In this document: one piece after another, positions 9,843-18,621 of the stretch
How positions within the stretch are numbered: position 1 is the first letter of the stretch
Layout: every line of letters starts with the position of its first letter
NCBI RefSeq assembly: GCF_000011805.1
Contig: NC_006841.2
DNA length: 32,000 nucleotides
Strand: one strand, 5' to 3'
DNA from: Aliivibrio fischeri ES114
GTDB taxonomy: Bacteria; Pseudomonadota; Gammaproteobacteria; Enterobacterales; Vibrionaceae
Notes under the pieces: generated by a model
The model's database searches: none
What the model was told of the DNA's origin: nothing
What the model saw: the letters and a program-made list of their open reading frames with translations, nothing else
Translations under genes and position numbers: made by a program

Positions 9843-10183
9843 TTACTCTGTATCATCATCGGCAGAACCATTATCGTCATCATCTGAATTATCTGATGAA
9901 CGCTGTGTTCCGCATAATGTATGAAATCTTGGCTTAAAGTTAATTTTATTTTGATACTTCAACCAACATTGCGCAAATTCTGAAGTCTCAGCAGGTAGAT
10001 GCTGTATTTGCTCAACAAATCGCAATTCTGCTTCTGATTCAGGAGCCAACGTACCGTCTAATAGAGACTGCATTGTTCGACCATAGGTTTCTAAAATCAA
10101 CGCTTCGCGGATTGTGAAACCACTGCGACTAAAACCTCGTTTGAAGTTTTTGTCATCGTAAAATTTAGTAAGAGTTCGCATTG
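9843..10183 (-). CDS. maoP: DUF413 family protein, MaoP/YifE-like
   Basis: RTLTKFYDDKNFKRGFSRSGFTIREALILETYG...PRFHTLCGT; divergent partner of hdfR as in E. coli. Track start is 10241; MRTLTKF start at 10183 is more consistent with the family. Confidence 0.75.
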
Positions 10184-10302
10184 ATGCTTCTTCGTGACCA
10201 CAAAAAATGTATATGTAATTCAGTGCAGTCACATTGTACAACGAAAAATATTAGCGATTTCAATCAAAATATTTTATTGTGGCGGTTACCACCATCAAAG
10301 AG

Positions 10303-11172
10303 ATGATAACTTTGGATACTGATCTGCTTAAAACCTTCTTAGAAGTCACAAAAACGCGCCACTTTGGGCGTGCTGCAGAGCATTTATTTCTCACACAATC
10401 TGCCGTGAGTTTCCGTGTTCGACAGCTTGAATCACAACTAGGAAACCCATTGTTTACGCGCCAGCGCCATAATGTACAGCTAACTGCGGCAGGTGAGCGC
10501 TTACTTCCTTATGCAGAAGCAATCTTGCAAACTTGGGGAAGAGCAAAACAAGACGTTGCACTAACTGAAGATTACAACTCGCAAATCACCATCGGCGCCA
10601 GTGCATTAATCTGGGAATTTGATGGAATATCAGATTGGATAAATGGGATCTATGACACAATCTCTGGTTTAGCATTACGCCTAGAATCCATACCTCGTCA
10701 AGAGCTGGCAAAAGCATTATTAGAAAAAAGTGTCGACCTTTTCATTACTAGTGAACCACCAAAAATTGATGGTATTCGAGTATTTAAGATTCGAGATTAT
10801 CAATTACAACTCGTTTCTAGCACTCCAAACAGTACGATGGAAACCATTCAATCCATGCCATTAGTGTATTTAGATTGGGGAGCTCGGTTTGCGATTCAGC
10901 ATAGTAAAATTGCTGAACTGCAAAAAACGCCTATTTTACATACTCATTCATCAAAAATGGCGCTTGATTATTTAATGTCGCATTCAAGCATTGGTTATTT
11001 GCCAGCCCCAGTTATTAACCAAAGTGTTGATAACAAAGAGCTATACGTTGTAGAAGGCGCACCAATTATGGAGCAAGAGCTGTATTTAGTATGGCAAGAA
11101 AAAAGCGAAAAAGCAGAGCTTATTGACCAAATTACCAACATAAAACCCAAAATGGTTACCTCTAGCGTTTAA
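10303..11172 (+). CDS. hdfR: LysR-family regulator HdfR
   Basis: DTDLLKTFLEVTKTRHFGRAAEHLFLTQSAVSFRVRQLESQLGNPLFTRQRHNVQLTAAGERLLPYAE closely resembles E. coli HdfR. Start uncertain: GTG 10279, ATG 10303 or TTG 10312. Confidence 0.85.
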   Translation: MITLDTDLLKTFLEVTKTRHFGRAAEHLFLTQSAVSFRVRQLESQLGNPLFTRQRHNVQLTAAGERLLPYAEAILQTWGRAKQDVALTEDYNSQITIGASALIWEFDGISDWINGIYDTISGLALRLESIPRQELAKALLEKSVDLFITSEPPKIDGIRVFKIRDYQLQLVSSTPNSTMETIQSMPLVYLDWGARFAIQHSKIAELQKTPILHTHSSKMALDYLMSHSSIGYLPAPVINQSVDNKELYVVEGAPIMEQELYLVWQEKSEKAELIDQITNIKPKMVTSSV

Positions 11173-11195
11173 CAAGCGATTCTTCGATTTACGAT

Positions 11196-11222
11196 AAGGG
11201 CTTACATAAGCCCTTTTATTTT
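11196..11222 (+). terminator. Rho-independent terminator after hdfR
   Basis: AAGGGCTTACATAAGCCCTT followed by TTATTTT. Confidence 0.8.
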
Positions 11223-11309
11223 GTCTATTTCTATAATAAATCACTGTATTAAGTGGTTTAATTGCCTTTTCATCGTTACTATAATTATTATCTTTTTAAT
11301 CTTACTTCC

Positions 11310-11487
11310 ATCCATGGAGTACGACATTGAACGAACATCAAGATTTATCATTCCAAATTGAACCTTATTCAAGCCGAGGACCACCAGCCAACAAATAAAG
11401 TTTTTGAGTGAGTTTTGAAGAAACCGGGCTTAGAATTACCGGGCTTCTTGTGGGCTCCGTAATTTTAAGAAAGCCTTTTCACCCAGT
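11310..11487 (+). promoter_or_regulatory. Candidate structured mRNA leader of the mgtE-like gene
   Basis: No long ORF; direct repeat ACCGGGCTT (11423-11431 and 11438-11446); hairpin AAGAA-A-CCGG ... CCGG-GC-TTCTT (11418-11449) and an alternative complement AAGAAAGCC at about 11468-11476. No known riboswitch consensus recognised. Confidence 0.35.
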
Positions 11488-12696
11488 GTGAGTGAACCGT
11501 GGTGCAAATTATGGCGTCACTTGCCACTAGAGATGCACATTGAAGTATTAACGGAAATGCGTGCTGATGCTCGTGTGGCTATTCTTGAAGAATTGTCAGA
11601 AGCCGAACTAAACTTCACTTTAGCAAAACTGGATAACTTATCGTTAATTGAGTGGGCAGAATCCCTGCCTGATGATATTTTCAGCCTTGCATTACAACTT
11701 ATCAGTCGTGATGAGTTGGACTTATACGATGATGCAAAACAATATGACGACGATGAAGTTGGCCACTGGGCTGATAGAAAAATAGCAACTCTGCCTTTTA
11801 ACGTGAGCGTAGGCCGAGCTAAAAAGCTATTAAAAACCAATTTGTTTGAATCGCACCAATACATGCACTTAATCAATCGTGCCCATAAGTTTCACGGTAT
11901 TGTGCAATATACAGATATTTTAACTGCTGATGATTCAGTTAAAATTAACACATTAAAATTAGAAGATTGCTTAGTCCTTAATGTTCACCAACCACTAAGT
12001 GAGAGTATTGAAGCAATCGAACACTCAGCGGTGCCAAGTGTTGCTATTGTTGATGATGAAAACACGTTAATTGGCCAGTTAGATTGGCAGTTTGCGATTA
12101 ATACCCAACGTGAAATCTATGAAACCCGATTAATGGCCGGTACCGGTATGGACGAAGGTGATGATCTATTCTCACCTATCATCAAGAGTTCGAAAAAGCG
12201 TGGTGTGTGGTTAGGCATTAACTTGCTTACTGCTATTTTAGCGTCGATTACTATCGGTTTATTTGAAGATGTCATTACCCAAGTCGTTGCTCTAGCGGTA
12301 TTAATGCCGATTGTGGCCTCTATGGGAGGGATTGCAGGTAGCCAAACCTTAACGCTCATGGTTCGTGCAATGGCACTAAACCAAGTTACCGCTGGTAACC
12401 GTTTTGCCTTGTTAAAAAATGAATTAGGTATTGGCTCCATCAACGGATTGCTATGGTCGTTAATCATCGGTGGTATTGCTGGTGCGTGGTTCCAATCTTT
12501 TGCTTTGGGTGCCACGATTTCACTGGCTATCATTGTCAATATCGTTACCGCAGCACTATTTGGAGTACTTATTCCTATCACGCTAGATAAGTTTAAACTT
12601 GATCCTGCACTGGCTGGTTCAGTTATCCTAACCACAGTAACTGATGTAGTTGGCTTCTTTGCTTTCTTAGGTACAGCAAGCCTAGTAATGATGTAA
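11488..12696 (+). CDS. mgtE: MgtE-type magnesium transporter (N-domain + CBS pair + membrane domain), N-terminus uncertain or short
   Basis: LEEL..AELNFTLAKLD (MgtE_N), CBS-like region, membrane domain with LMPIVASMGGIAGSQTLTLMVRAMAL, LIPITLDKFKLDPALAGSVILTTVTDVVGFFAFLG. First possible start is GTG 11488; in-frame TAG at 11431-11433. Confidence 0.85.
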   Translation: MSEPWCKLWRHLPLEMHIEVLTEMRADARVAILEELSEAELNFTLAKLDNLSLIEWAESLPDDIFSLALQLISRDELDLYDDAKQYDDDEVGHWADRKIATLPFNVSVGRAKKLLKTNLFESHQYMHLINRAHKFHGIVQYTDILTADDSVKINTLKLEDCLVLNVHQPLSESIEAIEHSAVPSVAIVDDENTLIGQLDWQFAINTQREIYETRLMAGTGMDEGDDLFSPIIKSSKKRGVWLGINLLTAILASITIGLFEDVITQVVALAVLMPIVASMGGIAGSQTLTLMVRAMALNQVTAGNRFALLKNELGIGSINGLLWSLIIGGIAGAWFQSFALGATISLAIIVNIVTAALFGVLIPITLDKFKLDPALAGSVILTTVTDVVGFFAFLGTASLVMM

Positions 12697-12714
12697 AGTA
12701 AACCTCTGTAAAAT

Positions 12715-12752
12715 CCCCTCTCTGAATTGATATAAGCAAATCAGAGAGGGTT
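12715..12752. terminator. Rho-independent terminator, convergent
   Basis: CCCTCTCTGA (12716-12725) pairs with TCAGAGAGGG (12741-12750). Confidence 0.7.
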
Positions 12753-12758
12753 CTAATC

Positions 12759-13688
12759 TCACTTACCACCGTTTTTCATAGTCTCAAATCTCTCCAAAAG
12801 AAAATCTAAGAATAACCGGATACGTTTTGGCTGATATTTTTTACTCATGTATACCACATTAAGATCAGCACTTGATACAGATGTCGATGTATTAAAATTG
12901 GCCATATATCCATTAAGAACAGTAACAAGGCGTCGATTATTAATGTCATCTTGCACATCTAATATGGATTTTAATGCTATCCCAGCCCCTTCAAGAGCCC
13001 AATAACGTACAACTTCTCCATCATCTGAAAATCGCTTAGGTAAAACAGTAATAACATTCTTTTTATCAGAGCCTTGGAAATGCCATGTTTTTAATTCCTC
13101 ATGGCTACGAACCATCGCAAGACAATGATGATTAATCAAATCTTGTGGAGTTAAAGGCGTCCCATACTTAGCTAAATAGTCAGGTGATGCACACAACACT
13201 CGATGGCTAGATGATAATCGTCGAGATATCAAACTGCTATCGGCCAGTTCACCATATCGAACGACAATATCTATGCCTGATTCGGCAATATTTGAAACAT
13301 CATCATTCAAATATAAATATGGCACTACGTCTGGGTATTTTTCACAAAATTCAGACAAGATAGGAAGAATATATTGCTTACCAATGTCTTTAGGCGCTGC
13401 CACTCTTAACGCACCTTTAACCTCTTTAACTCCGTTTAAAATCAAATTCTCGGTTTCGTTTACATTATCTAAAATTTCAAGACTGGCTTTGTAATAAAGC
13501 TCCCCCGCATCGGTTAGAGACACATGTCGTGTACTGCGATTTAGTAATTTCACTCGATATCTTTCTTCAAGAGCTTGAAGTCTGGCTGTCATCGTTGCAG
13601 GTGATAAACCAAGCTCTCGCCCTGCTGCCGCTAAGCCTTGATGCTTTACGATACTCACAAACATCGTCATATCAGAAAACTTATCCAT
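12759..13688 (-). CDS. LysR-family transcriptional regulator
   Basis: MDKFSDMTMFVSIVKHQGLAAAGRELGLSPATMTARLQALEERYRVKLLNRSTRHVSLTDAGELYY winged HTH; divergent from an old yellow enzyme gene. Confidence 0.9.
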   Translation of the reverse strand: MDKFSDMTMFVSIVKHQGLAAAGRELGLSPATMTARLQALEERYRVKLLNRSTRHVSLTDAGELYYKASLEILDNVNETENLILNGVKEVKGALRVAAPKDIGKQYILPILSEFCEKYPDVVPYLYLNDDVSNIAESGIDIVVRYGELADSSLISRRLSSSHRVLCASPDYLAKYGTPLTPQDLINHHCLAMVRSHEELKTWHFQGSDKKNVITVLPKRFSDDGEVVRYWALEGAGIALKSILDVQDDINNRRLVTVLNGYMANFNTSTSVSSADLNVVYMSKKYQPKRIRLFLDFLLERFETMKNGGK

Positions 13689-13717
13689 CTATCGCCCCTT
13701 TAATTTTACGAATACAC

Positions 13718-13740
13718 ATTATTCAGATTTTCCGAATAAT
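13718..13740. promoter_or_regulatory. Candidate LysR-type operator in the LysR//OYE divergent region
   Basis: ATTATTC AGATTTTCC GAATAAT: 7-bp perfect arms, 9 of 10 positions complementary when extended inward. Confidence 0.5.
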
Positions 13741-13832
13741 GATTTTATATATTACTCAATTATCAAAATAAATCGAATGAATATACTAGTTGCCATTAGG
13801 TCACAACAAGAAAGAAATTAAAGGCTATCCAT

Positions 13833-14954
13833 ATGAATCACAAAACATTATTTGAAAAAACATATTTAAAAAATATCACATTACAAAATCGAATCGTCAT
13901 GGCTCCAATGACTCGTGCTCGCACAAGCCAACCCGGTAACATTCCAAATGACATGATGGCAACTTATTACAAACAACGTGCAACTGCCGGTCTCATTATT
14001 TCCGAAGCTACTCAAATTTCAGATGACTCTCAAGGTTATTCATTTACTCCAGGCGTTTATACTGATGAGCATGTTAAAGGGTGGCAACCTATCACTAGCG
14101 CAGCTCATAAAGAAGGGGCTGCGATATTCTGTCAGCTATGGCATGTTGGCCGAGTATCTCACCCAATATTTCAAAAAGGAGGACTGCCTATCGCACCATC
14201 TGCTCTTGCTCCTGTCGAAACTAAAGTATGGATCTCTGACGAAGAAGGCAATGGCAAAATGGTTGATTGCATTCAACCACGAGCTATGACTCAAGACGAT
14301 ATTGATCGTGTTATTCAAGATTTTGCCTATTCAGCTAAACGAGCAATCGAAGCGGGTTTTGATGGTATTGAGATCCACGGAGGAAATGGGTATTTGATTG
14401 ATCAATTTCTTCGTACCAATTCAAATCATCGCACTGATAAATATGGCGATACTCGAGAAAATCGTATTCGCTTTCTACTTGAAGTTGTTGATGCAGTAAG
14501 TAAAGAAATTGGTTCCGATAAAGTTGGGGTTCGCCTTGCTCCATTTATCACATTTAAAGACATGGATTGTCCAGACATCGTACCTACGATTCTTGATGCA
14601 TCAAGAGAGTTGCAATCACGTAATATTGCTTACTTGCATTTATCTGAAGCTGATTGGGACGATGCGCCGGTTATTCCTGAAAATTTTCGTATTGAACTAA
14701 GAAAATTGTTCTCCAATACGATAATAGTCGCAGGTAGTTACACGCAAGAACGCGCCAATGAAATTCTCAACAAAGGTTATGCTGACCTTGTGGCTTTTGG
14801 CCGTCCGTTCGTATCCAACCCAGACTTAGTATCACGCCTAAAAAACAATTATGAGCTAGCGGCACTAGACGGTAATACTTTATTTGGCGGTAATGCGAAA
14901 GGTTATATTGATTACCCAGTCTACAATACAAAAGTACTCGAGGTGGAGGTATGA
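13833..14954 (+). CDS. nemA: Alkene reductase / old yellow enzyme (NemA-like)
   Basis: LFEKTYLKNITLQNRIVMAPMTRARTSQPGNIPNDMMATYYKQRATAGLIISEATQIS, CQLWHVGRVSH, GFDGIEIHGGNGYLIDQFLRTNSNHRTDKYGD, DLVAFGRPFVSNPDL. Confidence 0.9.
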   Translation: MNHKTLFEKTYLKNITLQNRIVMAPMTRARTSQPGNIPNDMMATYYKQRATAGLIISEATQISDDSQGYSFTPGVYTDEHVKGWQPITSAAHKEGAAIFCQLWHVGRVSHPIFQKGGLPIAPSALAPVETKVWISDEEGNGKMVDCIQPRAMTQDDIDRVIQDFAYSAKRAIEAGFDGIEIHGGNGYLIDQFLRTNSNHRTDKYGDTRENRIRFLLEVVDAVSKEIGSDKVGVRLAPFITFKDMDCPDIVPTILDASRELQSRNIAYLHLSEADWDDAPVIPENFRIELRKLFSNTIIVAGSYTQERANEILNKGYADLVAFGRPFVSNPDLVSRLKNNYELAALDGNTLFGGNAKGYIDYPVYNTKVLEVEV

Positions 14955-15742
14955 AAAACAAAATAATACTTGGTGTCACTGATCTTTCTTTTCATCGAAT
15001 AACTGCATCCATCATCTCACATATTTTAATTAATATGGGTTTTGATGTTGAACGTATTTATTCTCCGCATCAAGACAATTTTACAAAGTTGAAATCAGGG
15101 GAGGTTGATATGATCGCTTCTGCTTGGCTTCCCTCTAGTCATGGAATATATAAAGCTGATGTAGAAGAAAAAGTTGAATTGCTTGAATTAGGGTTACATT
15201 ACAAACCATACGCTCTTTGGGGTATTCCTGATTACATCCCAGAAAGTGCGGTATCTGAAATAAAAGATTTACTGAAGCCTAACATACTTTCTCGTATGAA
15301 TAGGAGAATTCAAGGTATTAATCCCGGAGCCGGAATTACTCGATTTTCGATCAAAATGATGAATTCATATGGTTTAACCCGTGCGGGTTACACCTTCTAT
15401 ACTGGAAGTGAAGAAGACTGTTTCACCGCATTTGAAGCAGCTATCGAGAATAAAGAATGGGTTGTTGTTCCATTATGGAAGCCACAATTTCTACATCATA
15501 AACACAATATTCGTGAAATTTCTGAGCCAAAAGGATTATTAGGGGTTATTGATCGTGCAGTTTTATTACTTCGACAAGATAAGTCTATTGACTTTACTCA
15601 AGAACAAATTAAACAATTAGATTCACTTAAATTCTCTAATGAAATTATCGCCGCGCTCGATTATCAAGTTTCCCGAGAAGGAAAAGCAATTGATGAAGTT
15701 ACCAAGCAATGGCTAATCAACCATCATGATCGAAACGAATAA
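14951..15742 (+). CDS. Glycine betaine/proline-binding-like (OpuAC family) protein without a signal peptide
   Basis: GVTDLSFHRITASIISHILINMGFDVERIYSPHQDNFTKLKSGEVDMIASAWLPSSHG ... WVVVPLWKPQFLHHKHNIREISEPKGLLG resembles OpuAC binding proteins; start ATG overlaps the OYE stop (ATGA 14951-14954); no N-terminal hydrophobic leader. Confidence 0.7.
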   Translation: MKNKIILGVTDLSFHRITASIISHILINMGFDVERIYSPHQDNFTKLKSGEVDMIASAWLPSSHGIYKADVEEKVELLELGLHYKPYALWGIPDYIPESAVSEIKDLLKPNILSRMNRRIQGINPGAGITRFSIKMMNSYGLTRAGYTFYTGSEEDCFTAFEAAIENKEWVVVPLWKPQFLHHKHNIREISEPKGLLGVIDRAVLLLRQDKSIDFTQEQIKQLDSLKFSNEIIAALDYQVSREGKAIDEVTKQWLINHHDRNE

Positions 15743-15768
15743 TACAGTTATCTAAAACTAAATCATAA

Positions 15769-15803
15769 AAAACGCCTAAAGAATATCACCTTAGGCGTTT
15801 TAT
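15769..15803. terminator. Bidirectional Rho-independent terminator
   Basis: AAAACGCCTAA...TTAGGCGTTTT stem. Confidence 0.8.
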
Positions 15804-15817
15804 TTATATATCAATAA

Positions 15818-16663
15818 TTAACGTATTAACAATAAAGGTACTTCACTTTTTATTAATACCTTAGTTGTGTTGCTTCCTAAAAAAAACTGTCTTAACGTTG
15901 AATGACCATAAGCCCCCATCACCATCATGCCAATTTGATGATCTTTCTGGTACTTCAATAACGCCTCATCAACAGAACCTGACAGTATGTCTTCATGAAC
16001 ACTAAGCCCTGCATTTTTCAATTTAATCGCCGCCTTCTCAAAAGCCGCACTTTTTGCTGCAAAGTCATCTACCATCACGAAATGGCAATCTAACCCAAAA
16101 AGCAGAGGTGTTTTAATCGCTTTTTCAATCAGCTTTTCACTCGTTGGACTACCATCAAAAGCAATCAGATAAGACGTAGGAATAGAAAATGGAGAAGTAA
16201 CTACTAACGTATGAGATTTGATAGAACGGATGATACTCTCAAGTTGAGAACCTATCGTCTTATTACTACTCTGATCTTCTCCTAGTTTACCAATAACCAA
16301 TACTCTAAGTTGGTTTTCTAAATCAATCAGACTTTCAAGTAAGCTCCCATGACGCTGCAATTGCTCAACATTAGTAAGGCCTTTTTTGATTACCCATTCA
16401 GTCGCTTCTTCTAGCAATTTTTTTCCATGCTTGAGTGCCACCTTACTGCGGGCTTCATCCAATTCGGCAAGTTCATTAAGCAATTCTTCTTGGCTGCCTA
16501 ATCCTATTTGACCAGAGAATTCGCTCACAACCGGTCTCATCGTTTTATCAAGAGCATGTAATAAGATAAGCGGAGCATTAATCTTAGATGCAACCCATGC
16601 ACTCGCTTCACATGTCGCGAAGGTTGTAGGGGAACCGTCAATACAAGCTATTATATTTTTCAT
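15818..16663 (-). CDS. Universal stress protein with tandem USP domains
   Basis: MKNIIACIDGSPTTFATCEASAWVASKINAPLILLHALD ... LLVIRKLG; second repeat SYLIAFDGSPTSEKLIEKA...QIGMMVMGAYGHSTLRQFFLGSNTTKVLIKSEVPLLLIR. Confidence 0.9.
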   Translation of the reverse strand: MKNIIACIDGSPTTFATCEASAWVASKINAPLILLHALDKTMRPVVSEFSGQIGLGSQEELLNELAELDEARSKVALKHGKKLLEEATEWVIKKGLTNVEQLQRHGSLLESLIDLENQLRVLVIGKLGEDQSSNKTIGSQLESIIRSIKSHTLVVTSPFSIPTSYLIAFDGSPTSEKLIEKAIKTPLLFGLDCHFVMVDDFAAKSAAFEKAAIKLKNAGLSVHEDILSGSVDEALLKYQKDHQIGMMVMGAYGHSTLRQFFLGSNTTKVLIKSEVPLLLIR

Positions 16664-16673
16664 TCTTCAATCC

Positions 16674-18161
16674 TTAATGTCCGGCCAATAGTTTTTCAAC
16701 TTCTTCAGGTTTATCATGCACACCAAATTTATCAACAATAGTCTTGGTTGCTTGGTTCATTCCAATAAGCTCTACTTGCGTCCCTTCTCTACGGAACTTG
16801 ACCACCACTTTATCCAAGGCTGATGCCGAGGTGATATCCCAAAAATGAGCCGCTGATAAATCAATCGTCACACATTCGATCACTTCTTTAAAATCAAAGG
16901 AAGCAATAAATTTATCCGATGAAGCAAAAAACACTTGTCCTATTACAATATATTCACGCGACTTGGTCTCTTCCGAGTTATTTTTTATTACCATCATCCT
17001 ACTGATTTTATTAGCAAAGAATAGTGAAGCAAGCAACACACCAACCAGAACCCCAATGGCTAAGTTATGCGTCATTACCACAATAATCACTGTGACTAAC
17101 ATAACAATGTTTGTCGATAATGGGTGTTTTTTCAAATCAGTAATTGAGCGCCATGAGAAAGTACCAATCGCAACCATGATCATCACTGATACCAAAGCAG
17201 CCATCGGAATTTGCTTTAACCAAGGTCCAAGAAAAACTACCATAATCAATAAAAACACGCCTGCTGACAGCGTAGATAATCGTCCACGTCCACCAGATTT
17301 TATATTAATCATTGATTGTCCGATCATCGCACAACCTGCCATACCACCAAGAAACCCCGTAAAGATATTAGCAATACCTTGACCTTTGCACTCTCGGTTC
17401 TTATCGCTGCTTGTATCTGTTAAATCATCAACAATCGTCGCTGTCATCATTGACTCTAGTAGCCCCACCACCGCTAGGCCAAGTGAGTATGGCAATACAA
17501 TCAATAAAGTATTTAGGTTTAAAGGCACATCAGGCCAAAGGAAAATCGGCAATGTATCAGGCAGATGTCCCATATCGCCTACAGTGCGAACATCGATTCC
17601 AAACCAAATACTAATAATGGTTAATGCGATAATACACACTAAAGGAGAAGGTATTAATTTCCCGATCACTGGGAGGTATGGGAACAAATAGATAATCCCT
17701 AAACCAGCAACAGTCATCGCATATACATGCCATGTCACATCAGTTAATTCGGGTAATTGTGCCATAAAGATTAATATAGCTAACGCATTTACAAACCCAG
17801 TAACAACAGATCGTGATACAAAACGCATCAAGCTACCTAACTTTAAGTAACCTGCTAATATTTGAAATACTCCAGTCAACACTGTAGCAGCAAGCAAATA
17901 CTCCAATCCGTGTTCTTTTACTAAAGTAACCATTAATAAAGCCATTGCTCCTGTTGCTGCGGAGATCATCCCAGAGCGACCTCCAGCAAACGCAATAACA
18001 ACAGAGATACTGAACGAGGCATACAAGCCAACTTTTGGATCAACACCTGCAATAATAGAAAAAGCGATTGCTTCAGGGATTAAAGCAAGAGCAACAACGA
18101 TACCCGCAAGGAGATCACCACGGATATTAGACATCCAGTCAATTTTGAAATTTTTAAACAT
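16674..18161 (-). CDS. SulP-family inorganic anion transporter with C-terminal STAS domain
   Basis: [53 protein letters not shown]-terminal [32 protein letters not shown] (STAS); 10 bp upstream of the USP gene. Confidence 0.9.
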   Translation of the reverse strand: MFKNFKIDWMSNIRGDLLAGIVVALALIPEAIAFSIIAGVDPKVGLYASFSISVVIAFAGGRSGMISAATGAMALLMVTLVKEHGLEYLLAATVLTGVFQILAGYLKLGSLMRFVSRSVVTGFVNALAILIFMAQLPELTDVTWHVYAMTVAGLGIIYLFPYLPVIGKLIPSPLVCIIALTIISIWFGIDVRTVGDMGHLPDTLPIFLWPDVPLNLNTLLIVLPYSLGLAVVGLLESMMTATIVDDLTDTSSDKNRECKGQGIANIFTGFLGGMAGCAMIGQSMINIKSGGRGRLSTLSAGVFLLIMVVFLGPWLKQIPMAALVSVMIMVAIGTFSWRSITDLKKHPLSTNIVMLVTVIIVVMTHNLAIGVLVGVLLASLFFANKISRMMVIKNNSEETKSREYIVIGQVFFASSDKFIASFDFKEVIECVTIDLSAAHFWDITSASALDKVVVKFRREGTQVELIGMNQATKTIVDKFGVHDKPEEVEKLLAGH

Positions 18162-18562
18162 TGAATTCTCAATTTATGCACGGCAATACGCACCAGAAAT
18201 AGATCTGGGGTGTAAATAAGTGCTTCTTTGATAAATGTTGAGCGCGGAAAAGTAGCCGAAAGTACGGCAAAGAATTAACAAGCGCAAAGAGTTAAGCCTA
18301 ATACTCTGGTGAGCACAGTGCTTAGTTAGCAATGAGAGCTATAGGGGGGGAGCGTTTAAGGCGGCGTAATTAACACAGTGATCAATATCCTCTAAATCAA
18401 ATAGATAACCAGTGTATATTTACAAAGTCATCAATACAATTTCCATTATTAGGATCTAAGATTGCACAGTGTCACTACTCACCCCATCAAGTTATTAGTT
18501 TTATCTATATCAACTTGAAAAGTTAACTTTGACAAACATTATAGTTATTTCTAGTCTAACGC

Positions 18563-18593
18563 TTGACCCGTCTATAAGTGCAGGGTTGATAAT
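18563..18593 (+). promoter_or_regulatory. MerR-type promoter (19-bp spacer) upstream of the merR-family gene
   Basis: TTGACC (18563-18568), 19 nt spacer, GATAAT (18588-18593), with ACCC/GGGT dyad across the spacer. Confidence 0.6.
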
Positions 18594-18621
18594 CGCCTCC
18601 AGATGGACAAGAGAGCACACT

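Noticed and set aside
11310-11487. Assignment of the mgtE leader to the known M-box (ykoK) riboswitch
   Set aside because: The conserved M-box blocks I would expect were not seen; left as unassigned candidate leader instead.
12117-12635. 172-aa antisense ORF within the mgtE-like gene
   Set aside because: Opposite to a clear transporter frame; composition (S/P/I-rich, no motif) typical of a shadow ORF.
13978-14979. Several small ORFs within the OYE gene
   Set aside because: All out of frame or antisense to the well-supported NemA-like protein.
16963-17691. Forward-strand ORFs of 139 and 101 aa opposite the sulP gene
   Set aside because: Antisense shadows of a strongly coding SulP frame; no RBS, no domain.
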